Part shown: piece by piece, positions 43,518 through 51,684 of the stretch
Position numbering within the stretch: position 1 is the first letter of the stretch
Layout of the letters: each line of letters begins with the position of its first letter
Assembly: GCA_964598025.1 (NCBI GenBank)
Contig: CAZRAU010000001.1
Span: 56,201 to 120,200, forward strand
DNA length: 64,000 nt
Reading direction: 5' to 3'
Source of the DNA: an uncultured bacterium
Lineage (GTDB): Bacteria > Arandabacterota > Arandabacteria > Arandabacterales > Arandabacteraceae
Program-made: the position numbers and the translations under genes
The notes under the pieces: generated by a model
Seen by the model: only the letters and a program-made list of their open reading frames with translations
Told to the model about the DNA's origin: nothing
Databases searched by the model: none

Positions 43518-45533
43518 CTATTTCCTTGCGAAGTCGTAAAGCTCCTTGGCCTTCGCCGCAATGTGCTCGGCGCTGACTTCGAATTCCTTCACCAGCTCCC
43601 AGGGAGCGCCGCTTTCGCCGAATCTGTCCTTGACGCCGATCATGCCCATTATCATGGGCTTGCCGTAGAGCTCCTTGGCCTGGCCTATGACGGCGGCGAT
43701 CTGGTTGCCCATGCCGCCGACCTGGTGCTCCTCGGCCGTGATCAGTATGCCTGTGTCAAGTGCCGCCTTGACTATAGCATCCTTGTCAAGAGGTTTGACC
43801 GTATGCATGTTTACCACACGCGTCTCGATTCCGAATTCTTGCTTGAGGATATACGCGGCCCTCATCGCCTCCGGGACGCTGGGCCCGCAGGCCACGATGG
43901 CGATGTCCTCGTTTTCGCTCTTGTATTCGCTTGCCAGCTTGGTCTCGAAGGCGTCGGCGAACTTGGCTTTTTCCCCGCGGTATCTTATGACATTAGCCTT
44001 CCCGAATTCCCAGGGGGTCTCTTCGGTGGTGACAATAGGTGTCGCCTCGCGTGCAAACCGCACATACTTGGGGCCGTTGAGCTGGAACAGGAGATACTCG
44101 GACGCCCGGCGGGTTTCGACAAAATCACAGGGTACCACAACCGTCATGTTGGGAAGGCCGCACATCTGGAAGAGCTCCTCCAGGGCCTGGTGGGTGGCGC
44201 CGTCGGGGCCGACTGAGACACCGCCGTGGGCACCTGCCATGAAGACATTGAATTCACCGTAGCAGACCGTGGTCCTGAGTTGGTCGAGGTTCCGGCCCGA
44301 GGCGAAGACCCCGTAGGTTCCGAAGACCGGAATCTTGCCCTCCTTGGCCAAGCCGGCCGCCACACCCGTCCCACTCTGTTCGGCGATCCCCATGCTGAAC
44401 CACCTGTGCTCTCTTCCCGGGCAATCCTTGTAGAACTGGCTGATAGTGATCGAATCCGAGATATCTGCCCCAAGACAGATCATGCGTTCATCGTCGCCGG
44501 TATCGAGCAGGCAGCTCCCGAAGCCCTTTCTGGTGGGGCTCATATCCGCCTTCATGCGCTCGCCCTTGTTCCAGAAGTAGTCGCGGCTGAACTTGGGCAT
44601 CTTGGCCTCAAGCTTGGCGGTGGCTTGCTTCTGGTGGTCCGCCGCAATCTGGAACATCTTCTTGACCGGGAGTTTATCGGCGAGCCCCAGTTCCTTCAAA
44701 CCCTGCTCCATCTCCTCCACAGAGGGCGGCTTGCCATGCCAGCCGGCAACGTCCTCCATGAAGCTCACGCCCTTGCCCTTGGTGGTGTGACACACAATGA
44801 GCGTCGGTTTGCCCTTATAGGCTTTGGCGGTCTCCAGGGCTTCTACGATCTCCTTCATGTTGTGGCCGTCGATCTCGATAACGTTCCAGTGGAAGTCCTT
44901 GTACTTCTCCACTATGGGATCTATGTTCATCACTTGCTCGACCCAGCCGTCTATCTGGAGCCGGTTCTTGTCAAGGAGACCTATGAGGTTATCCAACTTG
45001 TAGTGTCCTGCTTCCATTACCGCTTCCCAGATCTGGCCTTCCTGTTGCTCGCCGTCGCCCATAAGACAGAACACGTGATAATCCTTCTTGTCCAGCTTGC
45101 CCGCCAGAGCGATCCCGGTCGCAATGGAAAGCCCCTGCCCCAGCGAACCGGTGGAAGCCTCCACACCTTTGAGTTTCGGCCAGTGGGGATGGCCCTGATA
45201 TGGAGCATAGAGTTTTCTCAGGCGTGCCACGTCTTCAACCGGGAAGTACCCGGCCATGCCCAGGCCGATGTAGAGGGAAGGTGCCTTGTGCCCGGAGGAC
45301 CAGATGATGCGGTCGCGGTCCGCCCAGGATGGGTTCTGGGGATCGTGATTCGCGATCTTCAGATAGAGAGCTGCGGTAACGTCCATCACCGAGAGGGTTC
45401 CGCCGGAATGTCCCGACTTGGCACATGCAAGCGATATGAGATCGTAACCGCGCATCGCGTTCGCGGCTTCGGCCAGCTCCTCAATAGTATGGTCCTTCCT
45501 GATCTTCCCAGTCTTGGAGTCGACAATAGACAT
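43518..45533 (-). CDS. tkt: transketolase
   Basis: Thiamine-PP binding motifs (GHSGG, GDGEQQEG) and the transketolase C-terminal domain are present. The start is at MSIVDSK; the ORF-track 28-aa extension is rejected. Confidence 0.9.
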   Translation of the reverse strand: MSIVDSKTGKIRKDHTIEELAEAANAMRGYDLISLACAKSGHSGGTLSVMDVTAALYLKIANHDPQNPSWADRDRIIWSSGHKAPSLYIGLGMAGYFPVEDVARLRKLYAPYQGHPHWPKLKGVEASTGSLGQGLSIATGIALAGKLDKKDYHVFCLMGDGEQQEGQIWEAVMEAGHYKLDNLIGLLDKNRLQIDGWVEQVMNIDPIVEKYKDFHWNVIEIDGHNMKEIVEALETAKAYKGKPTLIVCHTTKGKGVSFMEDVAGWHGKPPSVEEMEQGLKELGLADKLPVKKMFQIAADHQKQATAKLEAKMPKFSRDYFWNKGERMKADMSPTRKGFGSCLLDTGDDERMICLGADISDSITISQFYKDCPGREHRWFSMGIAEQSGTGVAAGLAKEGKIPVFGTYGVFASGRNLDQLRTTVCYGEFNVFMAGAHGGVSVGPDGATHQALEELFQMCGLPNMTVVVPCDFVETRRASEYLLFQLNGPKYVRFAREATPIVTTEETPWEFGKANVIRYRGEKAKFADAFETKLASEYKSENEDIAIVACGPSVPEAMRAAYILKQEFGIETRVVNMHTVKPLDKDAIVKAALDTGILITAEEHQVGGMGNQIAAVIGQAKELYGKPMIMGMIGVKDRFGESGAPWELVKEFEVSAEHIAAKAKELYDFARK

Positions 45534-45768
45534 ACCTCTACCCCCCCGAGTAGGCTTTCCAGCAAGACACAACCCATGCCGGAGGCGATACCCCCGGCAA
45601 CCCAGACAACATATCAAACGCCCCCACCGTAGTCAAGGTAATAGGATAGCGCCACCGGCTCGCTGTTGAGAAGGACATTCGTCGTGACGGAAGTCACGGC
45701 GCTACGAGGCGGGCGGCTTCGCTCCGCTTCTGCAGCATCGGGGTTCCACCCCGACGTTGGTGATTACG

Positions 45769-47457
45769 CTACGAAAGGATGAGGCTCCGGGCGGTCATCT
45801 CGGCTGGCGGGTCGATCCTAAGGACCTGGAGCATGGTAGGGGCTATATCGGACAGCACGCCGCGGTCCCTGAGGCGGATGCTCCCGGTCTCGCGGGCAAC
45901 AAAGATGAAATCCACTTCGTTTGTGGTATGCGCGGTCTGGATCTTGCCGGTCGCCGGATCGGTCATCTGCTCGGCATTGCCGTGATCGGCCGTAACCAGG
46001 GCGACCCCGTCACGCGCCAGCACGGCGTCAACGACTCTCCCGACACATCGATCGACGGCCTCGATGGCTTTTACGGCAGCCTTGAAGACGCCGGTATGGC
46101 CGACCATATCACCGTTTACGAAGTTGAGGACTATGACATCGTAGGTGTCATCGAAACGCCCTTCCGGTGAATCGATGGGTGACGCTTTGTAGAGCGTCAC
46201 CTTCGCTGTACTGCGGGCCTTTTGCCGGGCGGCCCCTATGCCGCCGGTCACGGCCTCGACCACCACGTCGGTGACCTCGTAAGCGCTCATCTCGGGTTTG
46301 GTCTCTTCCGGGACCTTGGGGCTTGCTATGAGTATGCGGTCCTCACCGGGAAAAGGCTCCTCGCGTTTGCTGTTGAAGAAACTCGTGACATGGCGGAACT
46401 TCTGGGTCTCGGATATGCGCAATTGCCACAGACCGTGGTCGGCCAGCACCTCGCCGAGGATGTTGCACATGTCCATAGGGGGGATCACGTAGCCCTCAAA
46501 GGTGTCGTAATAGCGGGTGAGCCCCAAGTAGTAACAGTCGAGCCGCGGTCCGCGCCGGAAACCCGGCTCATCGAAGTCAGCCTCGACGAAAGCCATCGTG
46601 AGTTCCACGGCCCTGTCCTGCCGGTAGTTGAAGAAGATGACCGAGTCCTTTGCCTTCATGAGCCCCACGGGCTTATCATCGCCGCCGACAATCACGGTGG
46701 GCTTAATGAATTCATCTGTCTCTACAACTCCATCGGGTTCCCGCCCTTCCGCCTCGGCCTCCTTGAGATCCGCATCGGCCCTCCGGTAGGCCGCCTCGAT
46801 TGCCTCCGCTGCCGTACGGGCGGCAAAACCCTTGCCTTCGGTAAGAGCCTCATACGCCAGCTTCGTGCGCTCCCAGTTTCTGTCTCTATCCATCGCATAG
46901 TAGCGGCCCATGACCGAAGCCACCTTGCCCAGTCCGATCTCCTCCATCTTACGCTCGAGTCGCTCAAGGTAGGTGAGGGCGCTCCTCGGAGGCGTGTCGC
47001 GGCCGTCGGAGAAGAAGTGCACGAATACCCGTGTGAGACTATTCCGCGCAGCCAGATCCAGCAAAGCATAAAGATGGTCCTCCATGGCATGAACGCCCTG
47101 GTCCTGCACCAATCCCATGAGATGGAGATCTGAATCGTGCAGCTTGCAGTTGTTGACGGCGCCCAGGAGCTTCGGGTCGGTGAAAAAAGACCCATCCCGG
47201 ATACGTTTGTTGATCCTGACCACCTCCTGCTCAACGATCCTCCCGGCCCCCATGTTAAGGTGACCCACCTCTGAAGAACCCTGTGAACCCGGCGTGAGAC
47301 CTACATCTTCACCGGATGCACCCAATCTGGTGTGGGGATACCGGGCAAGCAGCCGGTCGGTCGTCGGTGTATGGGCTGCCGCGACCGCATTCCCGGGATC
47401 GTCGGGCCGGCCTATTCCCCAGCCGTCTCTCACTATGAGTACCAACGGACGCCCCAC
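45769..47457 (-). CDS. gpmI: 2,3-bisphosphoglycerate-independent phosphoglycerate mutase
   Basis: The N-terminus LVLIVRDGWG...GNSEVGHLNMGAGRIV and 562 aa are typical of iPGM. Confidence 0.9.
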   Translation of the reverse strand: MGRPLVLIVRDGWGIGRPDDPGNAVAAAHTPTTDRLLARYPHTRLGASGEDVGLTPGSQGSSEVGHLNMGAGRIVEQEVVRINKRIRDGSFFTDPKLLGAVNNCKLHDSDLHLMGLVQDQGVHAMEDHLYALLDLAARNSLTRVFVHFFSDGRDTPPRSALTYLERLERKMEEIGLGKVASVMGRYYAMDRDRNWERTKLAYEALTEGKGFAARTAAEAIEAAYRRADADLKEAEAEGREPDGVVETDEFIKPTVIVGGDDKPVGLMKAKDSVIFFNYRQDRAVELTMAFVEADFDEPGFRRGPRLDCYYLGLTRYYDTFEGYVIPPMDMCNILGEVLADHGLWQLRISETQKFRHVTSFFNSKREEPFPGEDRILIASPKVPEETKPEMSAYEVTDVVVEAVTGGIGAARQKARSTAKVTLYKASPIDSPEGRFDDTYDVIVLNFVNGDMVGHTGVFKAAVKAIEAVDRCVGRVVDAVLARDGVALVTADHGNAEQMTDPATGKIQTAHTTNEVDFIFVARETGSIRLRDRGVLSDIAPTMLQVLRIDPPAEMTARSLILS

Positions 47458-47489
47458 GAATCCTCCCTTGATGGGACCGCGGATAGACC

Positions 47490-48752
47490 TCAGAGGCCCA
47501 GCTCGTCGGCGATCGCCATCAGGCGATTGTACTTGACCACCCGCTCGCCACGCGAGGGCCCGACCTTGACGAAGTCGGCACCTGCGGCCACGGCAAGGTC
47601 TATTATGAAGGTATCGGTGGTCTCGCCTCCACCGCGGTGCGAGACGATTGTCTTCAGGCCGTTCTTCCGCGCGAGTTCCATGGCTTCCACGGTCTCGCTT
47701 AAAGTCCCGACCTGGTTGGGCTTGATCAGGATTGAGTTAATGGCTTTGATGTCTATCGCCTTCTGGAGCCGCTCCACACTGGTCACGGTGAGATCGTCAC
47801 CCATGACCATTATCCTGCTTCCCATCTTCCGGTTCATGACCGGCCAGGCATCCCAATCGTCCTCGCTCAGGCCGTCTTCTATAGAGAAGATATGGTAATC
47901 CTCGAGGAGGCCTTCATAGTAAGCGATGATCTCATCCGAACTCAGTTTCCTTCCCTCGCATGCGAGATTGTAAACCCCGTCTTCGAAGAACTCGGATGCG
48001 GCCGGATCCAGAGCTATGCCCAGGTCGTCGCCCGGCGTGTAGCCGGCAGCCGTAATGGCCTGCTCGATATAGGTCAGGGGGTCCCTGTTGGATTTTATGC
48101 CGGCCGGGGCATAAGCGCCTTCAGTCCCCACATTGGTATTGAAGCCACGCTCCTTGAGTATGGGCTTGAGTTGAAGATAGGTCTCGATCGCGGCGCGGAC
48201 ATTCTCGCGGCCTCCCCGGTCTTTGGTGACACCCACCAGATATTCCTGGAGATCGGTCGAGTTATCCGCATGCTGGCCGCCCTCTATCACGACAACCATG
48301 GGTCTCGGGAGCACATAGTCCCTGTCCTGGAGGCCGTAGCACTCACGGATGTGCCGGTAAAGGGGTATGCCCTTAGCGACAGCCGCCGCTCTCGCACAAG
48401 CCAGCGAAACACTGAGGATGGCGTTCCCTCCGAGGTTCTTCCGCTGAGGTGTGGGATCAAGGGCGACAAGCCGTGCGTCCACCTCCCGTTGATCCGCGAC
48501 ATCCACTCCCATCATCCTGGGAGCGATGATCTCATTGACATTGGCAGCCGCCTTGAGCATGCCCTTGCCCCGGTATCGTCCGGGGTCCTTGTCCGCCAGG
48601 GTGACAGCCTCGTGTTTTCCTGCCGAAGTGCCGTAGGGAACCGAGGCCGAGGCGATCGTACCGTCATCCAGAGTCACTGCGGTTTCGATGGTCGGCTGCG
48701 CACTGGTACTCAGTATCTCGTGCGCCTTGATCTTCTTCACAGTGCGCGGCAT
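47490..48752 (-). CDS. eno: enolase
   Basis: IKPNQVGTLSET and SHRGGGETTD are enolase motifs. 420 aa. Confidence 0.9.
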   Translation of the reverse strand: MPRTVKKIKAHEILSTSAQPTIETAVTLDDGTIASASVPYGTSAGKHEAVTLADKDPGRYRGKGMLKAAANVNEIIAPRMMGVDVADQREVDARLVALDPTPQRKNLGGNAILSVSLACARAAAVAKGIPLYRHIRECYGLQDRDYVLPRPMVVVIEGGQHADNSTDLQEYLVGVTKDRGGRENVRAAIETYLQLKPILKERGFNTNVGTEGAYAPAGIKSNRDPLTYIEQAITAAGYTPGDDLGIALDPAASEFFEDGVYNLACEGRKLSSDEIIAYYEGLLEDYHIFSIEDGLSEDDWDAWPVMNRKMGSRIMVMGDDLTVTSVERLQKAIDIKAINSILIKPNQVGTLSETVEAMELARKNGLKTIVSHRGGGETTDTFIIDLAVAAGADFVKVGPSRGERVVKYNRLMAIADELGL

Positions 48753-49060
48753 AACTGCTCTCCTTGCAATAGGTTACAGAAATTTTGTCCGGGGTCCGCG
48801 AGGTCCCCATTTTGCCATGGTCAACGTCAATTTAGCACCTGGCGAAGGGGTTGTCCACACCTTATCTCGGGCGGGCTGGAAGCGTCCGGATATGGAGCAT
48901 TTTGTAGCGTCGTGGTTCCACCCATGACGAGGCCGCCGGGCGCGGAGCCCAACGCCGTAGATGTGCGCTTCTCCTCTGCCTGAAAAAATAGTGATTGACG
49001 TTTGGGGCAGTCCGTATCAACATACAATGGAATCGGACGAAGGGACAAGGCAGGCTCACA

Positions 49061-49270
49061 ATGGGAAGAATCGGCACATTCGAGATAATCCTCATCATCC
49101 TGGTGATCGTGCTGCTTTTCGGAGCCAGGAGAATACCCGAGCTGATGCGCTCGCTCGGGTCCGGAGTTCGCGAGTTCAGAAAGGGTGCGAGGGGAGAGAT
49201 GGGCGAAGACGATGCCAAGACCGCGAAACCTCCGGAGTCCGAGAAGACGGCGGGGGAAGAGAAGAAGTAG
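49061..49270 (+). CDS. tatA: twin-arginine translocase subunit TatA/E
   Basis: MGRIGTFEIILIILVIVLLFGARRIPELMRSLG is the TatA TM helix plus amphipathic helix. The ORF-track N-terminal 22 aa are rejected. Confidence 0.8.
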   Translation: MGRIGTFEIILIILVIVLLFGARRIPELMRSLGSGVREFRKGARGEMGEDDAKTAKPPESEKTAGEEKK

Positions 49271-49422
49271 CTCGGGCTGCTGCCTCCATCCCCCGTGTCG
49301 TAGTCATCCCTCGTCACTGCAACGTACCCGCAGGGCCGTAGCTTCTGTGACGATGAATCGTCAAGCACAGAGCCCCGACGCCACAAGAGACATCCATTAC
49401 AGCGGGCGGGGCAACGCCGGTT

Positions 49423-49998
49423 TCATTTCGCCTGAATCAGCCTTCTCAAGTAGTATCTCGAATAGATGGCTCCGCACGGGTTGTGCGTAAGCACCCTGTC
49501 CTTGACCACCAGTGTCGACACCGGGGCCCGGGAGTGCTCCGTGAATGCGATGTCGTGGCCCATACAGAGGCCCACGATCAGATTGAGATCGGTCCCGCAG
49601 TCATTGAGAAGCCTCGCCTGGCCGATCGGATTACACATGACCTCGTCGGGGCCGCCCGATACCGGTTTGAGGTCGAAGGTCTTTTTGGGGACACCACAGA
49701 CCTTGCAGCAGACCGAGTGAACTTCAAAGTGCTGTGCAAGTATGGTGTGGATTCTCTCCGCCTCATGGGAGAGTCCGATACAGAAGGCGACACCGATACG
49801 CTCATAGCTCATGGATTTCGCGAACTCTATGGTTTCCTCGATCCGGGTCTTCTGCATGTAGAAAGTAGCTTCGACATAGGCGGCGGTCCGGGCCATTGTA
49901 AGCGCGTCACCATGATAGGCCCGAATTGCATCCTCCTTTATCTTGCTGCAGTCTTTTCCTGAGATACATTCCTTGTTGTCACAAAGAGCACACTTCAT
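49423..49998 (-). CDS. DUF1847-family Cys-rich metal-binding protein
   Basis: MKCALCDNKECISGKDCSKIKEDAIRAY is the typical DUF1847 start. There are multiple CxxC motifs. Confidence 0.6.
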   Translation of the reverse strand: MKCALCDNKECISGKDCSKIKEDAIRAYHGDALTMARTAAYVEATFYMQKTRIEETIEFAKSMSYERIGVAFCIGLSHEAERIHTILAQHFEVHSVCCKVCGVPKKTFDLKPVSGGPDEVMCNPIGQARLLNDCGTDLNLIVGLCMGHDIAFTEHSRAPVSTLVVKDRVLTHNPCGAIYSRYYLRRLIQAK

Positions 49999-50034
49999 GG
50001 TTACCCCCCATCAGCTCTGCCCGGACGCCTGCCT

Positions 50035-51471
50035 TCAGCCGGCGCTGAATTCCGCGAGCCGCTCGGCGAACATCCCGGCATAGTCACCGGCCGGGAAAAC
50101 GGACTCGAGGATCTTGGCGCCGATCCTGCTCGCCTCCTCCGGCGGGAGACAATACTTCATCTCCGGGAAATCGCCGCGGTATCTCGAGACTTGCTCTTTC
50201 ACGTTTCTGTTCCTTATGACGACGTCGGCGACAAGTTCGGCCAGGCGTGCGAAATCCGCTTGCTTCATCCCGAATCTCGTCATCTCTTGGACGCCGGTGC
50301 GGATACCGCTCGATTCGAGGAAGCTCTCATCGTCGGGAAGGGCCTGATAGTTGCAGACGATGTTGTTGTCCTCGAGGCGCCTGGCCACGTCTTCGCCGAT
50401 GCCGTGGTCGCGGACTCTGACTATCACCTGATGTGTATGCGTGTAGCCGTCGGATGGATCGCCTTCGACCTTGAGGCCCTGGTCGCTCAGGGCCTTGGCG
50501 AAGGCTCTGGCGTTTTTCCTGACTTCCGCCTGGTACTCGTTCTTGAAGGCGTTCATCTCATAGGTGGCGATGAGAAGCCCCAGCAGGGTCCCGAGGTGAT
50601 GGTTGCTGGTAGATCCCGGAAAGGCGCGTCCCTTGATGTCTATCCAGAGCTTTCTCAGGTCATGGCCCTTGATGAAGTTGCTGACCACGACACCCCTCTG
50701 CGGGCCGAAGAAGGTCTTGTGTGTGCTTCCCGTAACAATGTCGGCACCGTCCTGAAGGGGTTGTTGGAAAGCCCCGTAGAGACCTAGGACGTGCGCCATG
50801 TCATACATGATGATCGGTTTCGGGTCGAGGCCCTGCACGGCCTCGAAAGCCTCCTTCACCGGCTCGGGGTAGATGAACATGCTCTTGCCGAAAACGATCA
50901 GGTCCGGTTTTCGTTCCCGAATCAGGTCCACCATCTTGTCTGCGTCTATTCTGTACGGATTGTCCTCCCTAATGGGGAAGTTCAGGACGGCCTCCTTGCC
51001 GGTCTCCGGATCGGTCTCCACATAATTGAACAATGCCCCCATCGGCTGAGAGCTAAGGTGTCCGCCCTTGGTGAGGTCGTTATTCATGACGAGGCTCATC
51101 CGCCTTATCGGCGCCTCGGACTTGCGGTTCACAAACTTGGTAATGGCTTTGAACACGACCTCGTTTGCCATCTGTCCGCTTATCGGACGAAGCTCCGCTT
51201 CCTTGCAGTCGAAAAATCCCCCTATTGCCGCGCGCGTCTCCTCTTCGATGTCCCTGATAAAATCCGTCCCCTGGTAGAAGTAGACTTCCTTGCCCTTCAT
51301 GGATCGGTGCTCGGCATAACGGCCGGCGGGATCCGAGATCTCGCACATTTTCACGATAAGGCTGGGGGTGGTCTCCGATGGTATGAGATTGAAGCAGTGC
51401 CTCTGGCGCCAGAGGTTGTTCTCAACCGCCCGGTCGGCAACCGCGCTGATCTTGTCTTTCAGGTTTCCCAT
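50035..51471 (-). CDS. serine hydroxymethyltransferase-like PLP enzyme (divergent GlyA/SHMT family)
   Basis: FNLIPSETTPS resembles the SHMT motif NLIASEN. GSTHKTFFGPQRG resembles the SHMT PLP-Lys motif. The start is Met1 or Met5. Confidence 0.7.
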   Translation of the reverse strand: MGNLKDKISAVADRAVENNLWRQRHCFNLIPSETTPSLIVKMCEISDPAGRYAEHRSMKGKEVYFYQGTDFIRDIEEETRAAIGGFFDCKEAELRPISGQMANEVVFKAITKFVNRKSEAPIRRMSLVMNNDLTKGGHLSSQPMGALFNYVETDPETGKEAVLNFPIREDNPYRIDADKMVDLIRERKPDLIVFGKSMFIYPEPVKEAFEAVQGLDPKPIIMYDMAHVLGLYGAFQQPLQDGADIVTGSTHKTFFGPQRGVVVSNFIKGHDLRKLWIDIKGRAFPGSTSNHHLGTLLGLLIATYEMNAFKNEYQAEVRKNARAFAKALSDQGLKVEGDPSDGYTHTHQVIVRVRDHGIGEDVARRLEDNNIVCNYQALPDDESFLESSGIRTGVQEMTRFGMKQADFARLAELVADVVIRNRNVKEQVSRYRGDFPEMKYCLPPEEASRIGAKILESVFPAGDYAGMFAERLAEFSAG

Positions 51472-51684
51472 GCGAACCTCCATTGTTATAGCACTCCAAG
51501 CCTAGTGCTCACTATATTTCGGAAACCCCTCCATGTCAACCGGACCGGTGGTGTATGGGTGCGGTGGAAATCCGATCTTTCGGGTTGGAGTCAAAAGGCT
51601 TGTGCGGTGAATCAGGTCAAGTTATGATTGCTTTGATTCCTCGGGATCATCCATTTCCGGAATCTGTACTCAAAGGAGGGGGAA

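Noticed and set aside
42524-45632. 350-, 253-, 195- and 468-aa plus ORFs
   Set aside because: They are antisense to the membrane-protein gene and transketolase. They are His/Arg/Pro-rich nonsense frames.
45677-45700. Hairpin CGTCGTGACGG-aa-GTCACGGCG between tkt and gpmI
   Set aside because: It has a short stem and no U-tract on the coding (minus) strand. It may be incidental, so I did not report it as a terminator.
46222-48983. 303-aa and 363-aa plus ORFs
   Set aside because: They are antisense to gpmI and eno.
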